The notes below the pieces were generated by a model, which saw nothing but the letters and a program-made list of their open reading frames with translations, was not told the DNA's origin and searched no databases. A program made the position numbers and the translations under genes. A DNA stretch of 64,000 nucleotides from an uncultured Actinomycetota bacterium. Lineage in GTDB: Bacteria; Actinomycetota; Actinomycetes; JAFAQI01; DASSKL01. Shown in pieces: positions 10,212 through 20,260 of the stretch. Position 1 is the stretch's first letter; each line of letters begins with the position of its first letter. The stretch lies in the NCBI GenBank assembly GCA_963728075.1, contig CAVSIP010000003.1:404250-468249 (forward strand). Direction: 5' to 3'.

Positions 10212-12053
10212 GTGTGCGGGATCGTGGGGTACGTCGGCGGCCAGCAGGCGCTGCAGGTCGTGATGGACGGGCTGCGGCGGCTGGAGTACCGCGGGTACGA
10301 CAGCGCCGGGGTCGCCATCCTCGACGGTGAGCTCGCCGTCGCGCGCAAGGCCGGGAAGCTGGCGAACCTCGACAAGGCGCTGGCAGAGGTCGACGAGCCG
10401 ATGCGCGGCACGCTCGGCATCGGCCACACCCGCTGGGCGACCCACGGCCCGCCGAACGACCGCAACGCCCACCCGCACCTGTCCTGCGACGGCGCGGTGG
10501 CCGTCGTGCACAACGGCATCATCGAGAACTTCGCCGCCCTGCGCGCCGACCTGGAGCAGCGCGGCCACAACCTGGAGAGCGACACCGACACCGAGGTCGT
10601 CGCCCACCTCCTGGAGGAACGGTACGACGGCGACCTCGCCGAGGCGATGCGCAGCGTGTGCCGCGACCTCGACGGCGCGTTCACCCTGGTGGCCGTGCAC
10701 CGGGACGCGCCGGACGTGGTGGTCGGCGCGCGCCGCAACTCCCCGCTCGTCGTCGGGCTCGGCGACGGGGAGAACTTCCTCGCCAGTGACGTCGCCGCGT
10801 TCATCGCGCACACCCGTGACGCGCTGGAGCTGGGCCAGGACCAGGTCGTGGAGCTGCGCCGCGACGGCGTGACCGTCACCGGGTTCGACGGCGCGGCGGC
10901 CGAGGGCAAGCCCTACCGCGTCGACTGGGACGCGGGCGCCGCCGAGCGGGGTGGCTACGACAACTTCATGCAGAAGGAGATCGCCGAGCAGCCCCAGGCG
11001 GTGGCCGACACCCTGCGCGGCCGGCTCACCGAGTACGGCGACATCGCTCTCGACGAGGTGCGGCTCTCCGACGACGAGCTGCGCGACATCGACAAGGTGT
11101 TCATCGTCGCCTGCGGGTCGGCCTTCCATGCCGGGCTCGTCGCCAAGTACGCGATCGAGCACTGGACGCGCGTCCCGGTGGAGGTCGAGTACGCCAGCGA
11201 GTTCCGCTACCGCGACCCGGTGCTCGACCGGTCGACGCTGGTGATCGCGATCAGCCAGAGCGGCGAGACGATGGACACGCTGATGGCGGTGCGGCACGCC
11301 CGCGAGCAGGGTGCCCGGGTCCTCGCCATCTGCAACACGAACGGCTCGACGATCCCCCGCGAGTCCGACGCGGTCCTCTACACCCGGGCCGGGCCCGAGG
11401 TGGGCGTCGCGGCGACCAAGACCTTCCTCACGCAGGTGACGGCGGCCTACCTCGTCGGCCTGCACCTCGCCCGGGTGCGCGGCACCAAGTACGGCGACGA
11501 GGTGACGGGTGTCCTCCAGCAGCTCGAGCTGGTCCCGCGGCTGGTCGAGGGCGTGCTCGGGGAGCTGGGGGCCGTGCGTACCCTCGCCCGCGACCTGGTC
11601 GACGCCAAGGCGGTGCTGTTCCTCGGCCGCCACGTGGGCTACCCGGTGGCGCTCGAGGGTGCGCTGAAGCTCAAGGAGCTCGCCTACATGCACGCCGAGG
11701 CGTTCCCGGCGGGCGAGCTCAAGCACGGCCCGATCGCGCTGATCGAGGACGGGCTGCCGGTCGTGGTGGTGATGCCGTCGCAGCGCGGTCGCGGCCCGTT
11801 GCACGGCAAGATGGTCAGCAACATCCAGGAGGTCCGGGCCCGGGGGGCGCGCACCATCGTGATCGCCGAGGACGGCGACGACGAGGTGCTGCCCTTCGCG
11901 GACACGGTGATCCGGGTGCCGCCGACGCCGACGCTGCTGGCCCCACTGGTCGCGACGCTGCCGCTGCAGGTGTTCGCCTGCGAGCTCGCCCTGGCGCGGG
12001 GCAACGACGTCGACCAGCCCCGCAACCTCGCCAAGTCGGTCACCGTCGAGTGA
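10212..12053 (+). CDS. glmS: glutamine--fructose-6-phosphate aminotransferase (isomerizing)
   Basis: 613 aa. N-terminal nucleophile MCGIVGYVG, two SIS domains, C-terminal ..KSVTVE. Confidence 0.95.
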   Translation: MCGIVGYVGGQQALQVVMDGLRRLEYRGYDSAGVAILDGELAVARKAGKLANLDKALAEVDEPMRGTLGIGHTRWATHGPPNDRNAHPHLSCDGAVAVVHNGIIENFAALRADLEQRGHNLESDTDTEVVAHLLEERYDGDLAEAMRSVCRDLDGAFTLVAVHRDAPDVVVGARRNSPLVVGLGDGENFLASDVAAFIAHTRDALELGQDQVVELRRDGVTVTGFDGAAAEGKPYRVDWDAGAAERGGYDNFMQKEIAEQPQAVADTLRGRLTEYGDIALDEVRLSDDELRDIDKVFIVACGSAFHAGLVAKYAIEHWTRVPVEVEYASEFRYRDPVLDRSTLVIAISQSGETMDTLMAVRHAREQGARVLAICNTNGSTIPRESDAVLYTRAGPEVGVAATKTFLTQVTAAYLVGLHLARVRGTKYGDEVTGVLQQLELVPRLVEGVLGELGAVRTLARDLVDAKAVLFLGRHVGYPVALEGALKLKELAYMHAEAFPAGELKHGPIALIEDGLPVVVVMPSQRGRGPLHGKMVSNIQEVRARGARTIVIAEDGDDEVLPFADTVIRVPPTPTLLAPLVATLPLQVFACELALARGNDVDQPRNLAKSVTVE

Positions 12054-12069
12054 CCTGCAGCAGGCCGCG

Positions 12070-12420
12070 ATGATCGTCGGCGTCGGGATCGACGTCGTCG
12101 ACGTGGCCCGCTTCGAGCAGACCGTGCAACGCACGCCCGGCGTCGTACGCAGGCTGTTCGTGGAGGCCGAGCGCGAGCTGCCGGTGCGCAGCCTCGCAGT
12201 GCGCTTCGCCGCGAAGGAGGCGCTCGCCAAGGCGCTCGGAGCTCCGGGCGGGCTGGCCTGGCACGATGCGGTCGTGGTGCGTGAGGCGTCCGGCCGACCC
12301 GGTCTGCACGTGCAGGGGACCGTCGCCGCGGCGGCGCGGCGGGCCGGCGTGCGGCGGTGGCACGTGTCCCTGTCCCACGACGGGGGTCTGGCCGTGGCTG
12401 TGGTGGTGGCCGAGACATGA
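12070..12420 (+). CDS. acpS: holo-[acyl-carrier-protein] synthase
   Basis: 116 aa. [42 protein letters not shown]. Confidence 0.88.
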   Translation: MIVGVGIDVVDVARFEQTVQRTPGVVRRLFVEAERELPVRSLAVRFAAKEALAKALGAPGGLAWHDAVVVREASGRPGLHVQGTVAAAARRAGVRRWHVSLSHDGGLAVAVVVAET

Positions 12421-13916
12421 GAGCGCTGCACGGCGTCGAGCAGGTGCGCGCAGCGGAGGCGGCGCTCATGGCGACGGTGCCCGAGGGCGCGCTCATGCAG
12501 CGGGCCGCGGCCGGGCTGGCGCGGCGGGCCGCCGCTCTGCTGGGGCGGTGCTACGGCGCCCGGGTGGTGCTGCTGGTGGGCACCGGCGACAACGGCGGTG
12601 ACGCGCTGTTCGCGGGTGCCCGGCTTGCCGAGCGCGGTGCCCGGGTCGACGCGCTGCTCGCCGGGGACCGCTGTCACGAGGCGGGCCTCGCCGCCCTGCG
12701 TCGTGCCGGTGGCCGGGGCCGGCGCGCCGGCGCGGACGGTGACCGGCCCCTGCTCGCCGCCGCCGACCTCGTCGTCGACGGCCTGCTCGGCATCGGCGGT
12801 CACGGCGGGTTACGGCCGGGCGCCGCGCGCCTGGCCGAGCTCACCGAGCGTGGCGGCGCGACCGTGCTCGCCGTCGACCTGCCGAGCGGCGTGGACGCCG
12901 ACACCGGCCGCGTGGAGGGCGCCGCCGTCCGGGCGGACGTGACGGTGACCTTCGGGGTCACCAAGCCGGGGCTGGTGGTGTCACCGGGCGCGCAGCACGC
13001 GGGCACAGTCGAGTGCGTCGACATCGGCCTGGGTGGCCACCTGCCGGAGCCGGCCGCGGTGGTGCTCGACGCCGACGACGTGGCGCGGCTGCTCCCGTTG
13101 CCGCGTGGGGAGACGAGCAAGTACGGGCGCGGGGTGCTCGGGCTCGCCGCGGGCAGTGACACGTTCACCGGCGCCGCCGTGCTGGCCGCCGGCGGCGCTC
13201 TGGCGGCGGGTGCGGGGATGGTGCGGTTCGCCGGCGCCGCACACCCGGCCGAGCTGGTGCGCCACCGCTGGCCCGAGGTCGTCGTCACCGCAGTGCCGCC
13301 GGGGGACGCGCAGGCGGTGCTGGCCGCCGGCCGTGTGCAGGCCTGGGCCGTGGGCTCGGGGCTGGGCACTGGCGAGGACGCCGGGCAGGTCGTCGAGGCG
13401 CTGCTCGCCACGGACCTGCCGGTGGTCGTCGACGCCGACGCGGTCACCGTCCTGGCCGACCACCACGACTGGCTCACCGGCCGTCGTGCGCCCACGCTGC
13501 TCACCCCCCACGCCGGTGAGCTCGCTCGGCTGATGGCGACCGACCGGGCGGACGTGGAGGCCGACCGCCTCACCTGGGCCCGGCGCACCGCCGGTGCGCT
13601 GGGGGTCACCGTGCTGCTCAAGGGGACGACCACGGTGGTCGCCGATCCCGCGCGGGGGGTCCGGGTGAACCCGACGGGCACGCCCTGGCTGGCCACCGCC
13701 GGCAGCGGTGACGTGCTCACCGGGGCCGCGGGTGCGCTGCTGGCCCAGGGCCTTCCGCCGCTCGAGGCCGGGGCGGTGGCGGCCTTCGTGCACGGCCTGG
13801 CGGCGCGGCTCGCCGCCCGAACCGGCGAGGTCGCCGCCCCCGTGCACGCCCTGCAGCTGGTGTCGGCCTGGTCCGACGCGGTCCGCGCGCTGCGCCGCGG
13901 TGGCGCCGACGGCTGA
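12417..13916 (+). CDS. nnr: bifunctional NAD(P)H-hydrate epimerase / ADP-dependent dehydratase
   Basis: ATG 12417 overlaps the acpS stop (ATGA). YjeF-N ([13 protein letters not shown]) plus carbohydrate-kinase domain ([17 protein letters not shown]). Confidence 0.85.
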   Translation: MRALHGVEQVRAAEAALMATVPEGALMQRAAAGLARRAAALLGRCYGARVVLLVGTGDNGGDALFAGARLAERGARVDALLAGDRCHEAGLAALRRAGGRGRRAGADGDRPLLAAADLVVDGLLGIGGHGGLRPGAARLAELTERGGATVLAVDLPSGVDADTGRVEGAAVRADVTVTFGVTKPGLVVSPGAQHAGTVECVDIGLGGHLPEPAAVVLDADDVARLLPLPRGETSKYGRGVLGLAAGSDTFTGAAVLAAGGALAAGAGMVRFAGAAHPAELVRHRWPEVVVTAVPPGDAQAVLAAGRVQAWAVGSGLGTGEDAGQVVEALLATDLPVVVDADAVTVLADHHDWLTGRRAPTLLTPHAGELARLMATDRADVEADRLTWARRTAGALGVTVLLKGTTTVVADPARGVRVNPTGTPWLATAGSGDVLTGAAGALLAQGLPPLEAGAVAAFVHGLAARLAARTGEVAAPVHALQLVSAWSDAVRALRRGGADG

Positions 13917-13929
13917 CACACTGGCGGTC

Positions 13930-15066
13930 ATGCAGCCCGTGCCCGCCGAGTGCCGCGTCGACCTGGACGCGATCCGCGAGAACGTCGCGGCGCTGTGCCG
14001 CGCAGCCTCGGGGTCCGCGGTGATGGCCGTCGTGAAGGCCGACGGGTACGGTCACGGCATGCTGCCCGCCGCCCGGGCCGCGTTGGCGGGCGGCGCCCAG
14101 TGGCTGGGGGTGACGCTGCTGGCCGAGGCGCTCGAGCTGCGGGCGGCGGGCATCACGGCGCCGGTGCTCGCCTGGCTGGTGACGCCCCAGGAGGACGTTG
14201 CCGCCGCGGTGGCCGCGGACGTCGACGTGTCGGTGAACGCGCCGTGGGGGCTGGCCGAGGTCGTGGCGGCGGCACGCCGTACCGGTGCTGCGGCCCGGGT
14301 GCACCTCAAGGTCGACACCGGCCTCGGCCGGGCCGGCTCGACGACGGCCGACTGGCCGGACCTCGTCGCTGCAGCGGCGAAGGCCCAGGCCGAGGACGTG
14401 CTGCGGGTGGTGGGCGTCTGGTCGCACTTCGCGTACGCCGACGAGCCGGGTCACCCGACGGTGCGCCGGCAGGTCGAGGTGTTCCGGGAGGCGTTGGACG
14501 TGGCGGCCGCCGCCGGCCTGCGCCCGGAGGTGCGCCACCTGGCGAACTCGGCGGCGACCCTCACCCTGCCCGACGCGCACTTCGACCTGGTCCGCCCGGG
14601 TATCTCGGTGTACGGGCTCTCGCCGGGGCCGCAGGTCGGCTCGCCGGCTGAGCACGGTCTGCGCCCGGCGATGACGCTCGCCGCCCGCCTCGCCCTGGCC
14701 AAGCGGGTCCCGGCCGGGCAGGGCGTGTCGTACTCGCACCGCTACGTCACGGACCGGGAGACGACCCTGGGCCTCGTGCCGCTCGGCTACGCGGACGGCA
14801 TCCCCCGGGCCGCGACCAACACTGCCGAGGTGTGGCTGGCCGGCCGTCGTCGCCCCATCGCCGGCACGGTCTGCATGGACCAGTTCGTCGTGGACGTCGG
14901 CGACGACGAGATCGCGGCAGGCGACGAGGTGCTGCTGTTCGGCCCCGGCGACCGGGGCGAGCCCACGGCTGACGACTGGGCGCGTGCCCTGGGCACCATC
15001 AACTACGAGATCGTCTCGCGGGTGGGCGTCCGCGTCCCCCGCACGTACCGGGGAGGGTGGTCGTGA
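13930..15066 (+). CDS. alr: alanine racemase
   Basis: ATG 13930 gives MQPVPAECRVDLDAIRENV..VVKADGYGHG (PLP lysine motif). Track ORF N-terminus trimmed. Confidence 0.9.
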   Translation: MQPVPAECRVDLDAIRENVAALCRAASGSAVMAVVKADGYGHGMLPAARAALAGGAQWLGVTLLAEALELRAAGITAPVLAWLVTPQEDVAAAVAADVDVSVNAPWGLAEVVAAARRTGAAARVHLKVDTGLGRAGSTTADWPDLVAAAAKAQAEDVLRVVGVWSHFAYADEPGHPTVRRQVEVFREALDVAAAAGLRPEVRHLANSAATLTLPDAHFDLVRPGISVYGLSPGPQVGSPAEHGLRPAMTLAARLALAKRVPAGQGVSYSHRYVTDRETTLGLVPLGYADGIPRAATNTAEVWLAGRRRPIAGTVCMDQFVVDVGDDEIAAGDEVLLFGPGDRGEPTADDWARALGTINYEIVSRVGVRVPRTYRGGWS

Positions 15067-16136
15067 ACCGGGCTGGCCGGGCCGGACTGTTCGGGGGGCT
15101 CGCCGCGGCCGTTGCCGCGGGCGCCGCCGCGGGGATGGCGCTGGAGCGCCAGGCCGTCGGCCGGCAGCGCAACCGGCCCGACCCGGAGGCACGCGAACCG
15201 CTGGGGTCGCTGCACACGGCCGGCCGGGCGGTGCTCGCCGACGACGGGGTCCCGCTGCACGTCGAGGTGGACGGCGATCCCGACGCCGAGCTCACGGTGG
15301 TCTTCGTCCACGGCTTCGCGCTGAACATGGACTGCTGGCACTACCAGCGCCGCGACCTCGGCGCGGCGGACAACCCGGCCGGCCGGCTGGTGTTCTACGA
15401 CCAGCGCAACCACGGAGCGTCCGGGCGCGGGCCGCGGGCGCACGCGACGATCGACCAGCTGGGCCGGGACCTGTACGCCGTCCTGGAGGCGACCGCTCCC
15501 CGCGGGCCGGTCGTGCTCGTGGGGCACTCCATGGGCGGCATGACGATCATGGCGCTCGCCGACCAGCATCCCGAGCTGTTCGGTGACCGGGTGATCGGCG
15601 CCGCGCTGGTGAGCACCTCGCCCGGCCTCAAGGGCGAGGCACTCGTCGGTGTGCCGGCGCTGGCCGGCCGTTTCGTGGAACCGCTCGCTCCGCGGCTCGT
15701 CGAGGGCATCCACCGCCGCGCGCACCTCATCGAGCGCGGCCGGCGGGTCGGGACCGACCTGTCCTACGTCCTCACTCGGCGCTACGGCTTCGGCTCCGCC
15801 CCGTCGCCGTCGGTGGTGGAGTTCCTGGAGCGCATGCTCGGCAACACCCCGATCGAGGTCATGAGCGAGTTCTTCCCCACCTTCGTCGACCACGACAAGC
15901 TGCACGCGCTGCCGGTACTGGGGGGTGTCGAGACCCTCGTCCTGGTCGGCGACCGGGACGCCCTGACCCCGCCCGAGCACAGCCGGGAGATCGCCCGGCT
16001 CGCCCCGGGGGCCGAGCTCGTCGTGCTCTCCGGAGCCGGGCACATGGTCATCCTCGAGCGGCCGGGCCTGGTCAACGTCCACCTCCGCGCCCTGATCCGT
16101 CGGGCTGCGGAGCGCGGCGACCGGGCCACGGCGTGA
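15057..16136 (+). CDS. alpha/beta fold hydrolase
   Basis: 359 aa. HGF oxyanion region (VVFVHGFALN) and nucleophile elbow VGHSMGG. The start overlaps the alr 3' end by 10 nt. Confidence 0.8.
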   Translation: MVVNRAGRAGLFGGLAAAVAAGAAAGMALERQAVGRQRNRPDPEAREPLGSLHTAGRAVLADDGVPLHVEVDGDPDAELTVVFVHGFALNMDCWHYQRRDLGAADNPAGRLVFYDQRNHGASGRGPRAHATIDQLGRDLYAVLEATAPRGPVVLVGHSMGGMTIMALADQHPELFGDRVIGAALVSTSPGLKGEALVGVPALAGRFVEPLAPRLVEGIHRRAHLIERGRRVGTDLSYVLTRRYGFGSAPSPSVVEFLERMLGNTPIEVMSEFFPTFVDHDKLHALPVLGGVETLVLVGDRDALTPPEHSREIARLAPGAELVVLSGAGHMVILERPGLVNVHLRALIRRAAERGDRATA

Positions 16137-16717
16137 CCGCGGCCGGCCCCACCGGCGGGGGAGGGCTCGCCGACCTGGCCGTCACGGTGCAGCGGTGCAC
16201 GGCCTGCCCGGAGCTGGTCGCCAGCCGTCGCTCCGTCGTGGTCGGCGACTTCCCGCCCGGCGCCCGGTTGCTGCTGGTCGGTGAGGCGCCGGGCGCACAG
16301 GAGGACGCGGTCGGGCGGCCGTTCGTCGGCAAGGCCGGCCAGCTGCTCGACCGGCTGCTCGACGAGGCTGGGCTCGGGCGGGCCGAGGTGGCCGTCGCGA
16401 ACGTGCTCAAGTGCCGTCCGCCCGGAAACCGTGCGCCCACCCGTGCGGAGGCGACGCGGTGCCGCCCCTGGCTGGACCGGCAGCTGGACCTGCTCAACCC
16501 CCCGCTCGTCGTCACGCTGGGCACGTCGGCGGCTGCCTGGGCGTTCGGCCGGTCGGTCCGGCTGGCCGATGTGCGCGGGCGGGTGCACGACCTCGACGGC
16601 CGCCGGGTGCTGCCCACGTACCACCCCTCCGCCGCCATCCGGTTCGGGCCGTCCGGCGCGCCGCTGGCGGCGCTGCGGGCGGACCTGGTCCTCGCGGTAG
16701 CCGAGGTGGCGCGGTGA
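16133..16717 (+). CDS. uracil-DNA glycosylase, family 4
   Basis: 194 aa. C.AC.. N-terminal Cys cluster and family-4 motif LLLVGEAPGAQEDAVGRPFVGKAGQLL. GTGA overlaps at both ends. Confidence 0.82.
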   Translation: MTAAGPTGGGGLADLAVTVQRCTACPELVASRRSVVVGDFPPGARLLLVGEAPGAQEDAVGRPFVGKAGQLLDRLLDEAGLGRAEVAVANVLKCRPPGNRAPTRAEATRCRPWLDRQLDLLNPPLVVTLGTSAAAWAFGRSVRLADVRGRVHDLDGRRVLPTYHPSAAIRFGPSGAPLAALRADLVLAVAEVAR

Positions 16718-17175
16718 CCGAGCAGCACCTCGACGTCCCCACCCCGGAGGCGATGCAGGCGCTGGGTCGCCGGCTCGCCGCGCAGCTGCGACCCGGGGAC
16801 CTGCTCGTCCTCAGCGGCGGGCTGGGAGCCGGCAAGACCACCCTCGTCCAGGGCATCGGGGCGGGGCTCGGCGTGAGGGGCACGGTGACCTCGCCGACGT
16901 TCGTCATCGCGCGCGTGCACCGGGACGGTTCGGTGCCGCTGGTGCACGTCGACGCCTACCGGCTCGGCTCGGTCGCCGAGGTGGAGGACCTCGACCTCGA
17001 CGCCTCGCTGGAGGAGTCCGTGACGGTCGTCGAGTGGGGGGAGGGGCTCGTCGAGGGCCTGTCCGGCAGCCGCCTCGAGATCGCCATCGAGCGCCCGTCA
17101 GGGGCAGGCGGGGAGACCCGCCGCGTCACCGTGCGAGGGGTGGGCGGAAGGTGGGAACGGGTGGCCGTGGAGTGA
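16714..17175 (+). CDS. tsaE: tRNA t6A37 biosynthesis ATPase TsaE
   Basis: GTG 16714 overlaps the UDG stop. P-loop GGLGAGKTT, then SPTFVIARVH and HVDAYRL. Confidence 0.85.
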   Translation: MTEQHLDVPTPEAMQALGRRLAAQLRPGDLLVLSGGLGAGKTTLVQGIGAGLGVRGTVTSPTFVIARVHRDGSVPLVHVDAYRLGSVAEVEDLDLDASLEESVTVVEWGEGLVEGLSGSRLEIAIERPSGAGGETRRVTVRGVGGRWERVAVE

Positions 17176-17230
17176 TCTTCGGGGCAGGATGGCATCCCGA
17201 CCCGAAGGTCGAGATCCGAGGAGGTGACCG

Positions 17231-17827
17231 GTGACCCGGTCCGCAGCGGACGCCGACGACGTCGGCTCCTGGTTCCCCGTGCCGAGCGAGGCAGACCTGC
17301 CGGAGGACCTGCAGAAGCTGTTCGCGAAGGCCAAGGAACGGATCGGCTTCGTCCCGAACGTCTTCCGCACGTACTCCTTCCGGCCGGAGCGGTTCCGGGC
17401 CTGGTTCGCCCACTTCCGCTCGCTGCACGAGCCGACCGACAACCTGTCGACGGCCGACCGCGAGATGATCGCGGTGGTGGTGTCGCAGACCAACGGCTGC
17501 CTGTACTGCCTCGTCGCGCACGGGGCCACGCTGCGCGAGGCGCTCGGCGACCAGGTGCTCGGGGACCGGATCACGCTCGACTGGCACCGGGCGGGGCTGG
17601 ACCCCCGCCGGGCGGCGATCTGCGCGTTCGCGGAGAAGCTGACCGCGCACCCGCGGGAGGTCACCGAGGCCGACGTCCAGAGCCTGCGTGACGTCGGTCT
17701 CACCGACGAGGAGGCGTGGGACGTCGCCGAGGTGGCGGCGATGTACAACTTCACGAATCGGATGGCGATGGCCACGAACATGCTCCCGAATCGCGAGTAC
17801 CACGCGCTGGCACGGGAGGTGACGTGA
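17231..17827 (+). CDS. AhpD-like / carboxymuconolactone decarboxylase-family peroxidase-related protein
   Basis: 198 aa. Motif [13 protein letters not shown] (CxxC..H). SD AGGAGG 6-7 nt upstream. The stop overlaps the next gene's GTG (GTGA). Confidence 0.7.
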   Translation: MTRSAADADDVGSWFPVPSEADLPEDLQKLFAKAKERIGFVPNVFRTYSFRPERFRAWFAHFRSLHEPTDNLSTADREMIAVVVSQTNGCLYCLVAHGATLREALGDQVLGDRITLDWHRAGLDPRRAAICAFAEKLTAHPREVTEADVQSLRDVGLTDEEAWDVAEVAAMYNFTNRMAMATNMLPNREYHALAREVT

Positions 17828-18636
17828 CACCATCCCCCGGCATGACGGCACCTGGACCCGCGTCGGCCACCGGCGGTGCGCTGCTCGACATCGCGGACGT
17901 CACCGTCCGGTTCGGCGGTCTGGTCGCGCTCGACAGCGTCTCGACCGATGTCCGCCCGGGCGAGGTCCTCGGTGTCATCGGCCCCAACGGCGCCGGCAAG
18001 ACGACGCTGTTCAACGTCGTCTGCGGCTTCGTCCGGCCCGACGCCGGAGTGCTGACCTGGCAGGGCGAGCGGCTGACCAGCCACGAGCCGCACGACCTGT
18101 CGGCGCTGGGCATCGCCCGCACCCTGCAGGGCCTGGGCCTGTTCCCGCACATGAGCGCGGTCGAGAACGTCATGGTCGGCGCGACGAACCACGCTCGGGC
18201 CGGGTTCTGGTCCGCGCTGCTGGCGCTGCCCCGGTCCACGCGCGACGAGCGGCGGTTGCGGGAGACCGCGATGGCCGCCCTGGACGAGCTCGGTATCGCG
18301 GACGCGGCACCCAAGCTGCCCGGTGCCCTCCCGTACGGCGTCCAGAAGCGGGTCGCCCTGGCCCGCGCGCTCGTCGCCGAGCCGCGGCTGCTGCTGCTCG
18401 ACGAGCCGGCGTCCGGCCTGTCCAGCGACGAGATGCACGAGCTCGGCCAGCGCATCCGCAGCCTGCGCGAGCGCATGTCGGTGATGCTCGTCGAGCACCA
18501 CATGGACCTGGTCATGGAGGTCTGTGACCGGATCACGGTGCTCGACTTCGGCGCCGTGATCGCGAGCGGCCCGCCGGAGGAGATCCGCAACGACCCACGA
18601 GTGCTCGAGGCCTACCTCGGGGAGGTGGCGGAGTGA
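17824..18636 (+). CDS. livG: branched-chain amino acid (Liv/Bra-type) ABC transporter ATP-binding protein, LivG-like (operon I)
   Basis: Walker [10 protein letters not shown], LivG-specific insertion, signature LPYGVQKR. Alternative ATG at 17842. Confidence 0.82.
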   Translation: MTPSPGMTAPGPASATGGALLDIADVTVRFGGLVALDSVSTDVRPGEVLGVIGPNGAGKTTLFNVVCGFVRPDAGVLTWQGERLTSHEPHDLSALGIARTLQGLGLFPHMSAVENVMVGATNHARAGFWSALLALPRSTRDERRLRETAMAALDELGIADAAPKLPGALPYGVQKRVALARALVAEPRLLLLDEPASGLSSDEMHELGQRIRSLRERMSVMLVEHHMDLVMEVCDRITVLDFGAVIASGPPEEIRNDPRVLEAYLGEVAE

Positions 18637-19367
18637 GCGCCCCCGCGCAGCCCTCGACCATGCTCGCGGTCGCCGACGTGGTGACGGCGTACGGTGCCGT
18701 GCACGCGCTGGACGGGGTCAGCATCGACGTCCCGACCGGCGGGATCACCGCGGTGCTGGGCGCCAACGGGGCCGGCAAGACGACCCTGCTGCGCACGGTC
18801 AACGGCCTGGTCCGGCCCAGGTCGGGGAGCATCCGCTTCGACGGCCACGAGCTCGCGGGCATGGCGCCGGAGAAGGTCGTGACCCTGGGTCTGAGCCACG
18901 TCCCCGAGGGCCGCGGTGTCATCGCCGAGCTCACGGTCGAGGAGAACCTGCGCCTCGGCGGGCTGTGGCGCCGGCGCAAGGCCGAGCTCGCCGAGGACTA
19001 CGACCGTGTGTACGAGATGTTCCCGCCGCTCGCCGAGCGTCGGCGGCGGACGGCGTCGACGCTGTCCGGTGGCGAGCGTCAGATGCTGGTCATCGGCCGG
19101 GCGCTGATGGCCCGGCCACGGCTGCTCCTGCTGGACGAGCCCTCGCTCGGCCTGGCCCCGCGGATCACCGCGCAGATCATGCACCTGCTGCGCGGGCTCT
19201 GTGACGACACCGGGCTCACCGTGCTGCTCGTGGAGCAGAACGCCCGCTCGGCACTGTCCATCGCGGACCGTGCGGTGGTCCTCAACCTCGGCCGCGTGGT
19301 CGCCTCCGGCCCGGCGAGCGATCTCGCCGGGGACGAGCAGCTACGGCACGCCTACCTCGGCTTCTAG
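18633..19367 (+). CDS. livF: Liv/Bra-type ABC transporter ATP-binding protein, LivF-like (operon I)
   Basis: 244 aa. [26 protein letters not shown]. 4-nt overlap with livG. Confidence 0.85.
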   Translation: MSAPAQPSTMLAVADVVTAYGAVHALDGVSIDVPTGGITAVLGANGAGKTTLLRTVNGLVRPRSGSIRFDGHELAGMAPEKVVTLGLSHVPEGRGVIAELTVEENLRLGGLWRRRKAELAEDYDRVYEMFPPLAERRRRTASTLSGGERQMLVIGRALMARPRLLLLDEPSLGLAPRITAQIMHLLRGLCDDTGLTVLLVEQNARSALSIADRAVVLNLGRVVASGPASDLAGDEQLRHAYLGF

Positions 19368-19381
19368 GAGAGAGCGAACGC

Positions 19382-20260
19382 ATGGAGCAGTTCCTCAACC
19401 TCACGCTGAACGGCGTCGCCAACGGCATGATCTTCGCGGCCGTGGCACTGGCGCTGATCCTGATCTGGCGCGCCACGCGGGTCGTGAACTTCGCCCAGGG
19501 CGCGATGCTCATGTTCACCACGTTCATCGCCAAGTCGGCGCTGGACGCCGGCTGGTCGTACTGGGCCGCACTCGCGGTTGCGCTGGCCGCGGGCCTCGTG
19601 ATCGGCGGGGTGACCGAGCTGACGCTCATCCGACCGGTCGAGAACAAGCCCCCGCTGAACGCGGTGATCGTCACGCTGGGCATCTTCGTGCTGCTGCAGG
19701 CGGGTGCCGGGATGATCTGGGGCGGCCAGCCGGAGTCCTACCCGCCCGCCTTCAGCATCCGCGGGTACACGATCGGAAGCACCCATCTGGCGTTCAGCCC
19801 CATGGATCTGTTCACGGTGCTGTCGGTCAGCGGGCTGGCACTGCTGCTGCTCCTGCTGTTCCGCGGCACGAGCATCGGGCTGCAGATGCGGGCGGCGGCG
19901 TTCGAGCCGGAGGTGGCCAGGATGCTCGGCGTGCCCGTCGGCCGGATGCTCACGCTGGGCTGGGCGCTGGCGGCGATGGCCGGGGCGCTGGCCGGCGTCC
20001 TGGTGGCCCCGGCCGTGTTCCTCGGGCCCTACCAGTTCGACTCGATGCTGGTGTTCGGGTTCACCTCCGCGGTGATCGGCGGGCTGGACAGCCCACTCGG
20101 AGGAGTGGTGGGCGGGCTGGCCCTGGGCCTGACGCTGAGCTACCTGTCGGGGTACGTCGACTCGTCGCTGACCGGGCTCGGCGCTCTGGCACTGCTCATC
20201 GTGGTGCTCATGGCCCGGCCGGAGGGCCTGTTCACCCGTACCTCGGCACGGAGGGTGTGA
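19382..20260 (+). CDS. livH: Liv/Bra-type ABC transporter permease, LivH-like (operon I)
   Basis: 292-aa polytopic membrane protein. N-terminus MEQFLNLTLNGVANGMIFAAVALAL is typical of LivH. Confidence 0.85.
   Translation: MEQFLNLTLNGVANGMIFAAVALALILIWRATRVVNFAQGAMLMFTTFIAKSALDAGWSYWAALAVALAAGLVIGGVTELTLIRPVENKPPLNAVIVTLGIFVLLQAGAGMIWGGQPESYPPAFSIRGYTIGSTHLAFSPMDLFTVLSVSGLALLLLLLFRGTSIGLQMRAAAFEPEVARMLGVPVGRMLTLGWALAAMAGALAGVLVAPAVFLGPYQFDSMLVFGFTSAVIGGLDSPLGGVVGGLALGLTLSYLSGYVDSSLTGLGALALLIVVLMARPEGLFTRTSARRV

Noticed and set aside
8742-12803. 1353-aa ORF on the minus strand spanning glmM, glmS and acpS
   Set aside because: It lies exactly antisense to three well-supported housekeeping genes. 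Its translation is Arg/Gly/Pro/Ala low-complexity with no domain pattern. It is the classic stop-free antisense frame of genes with very high GC3.
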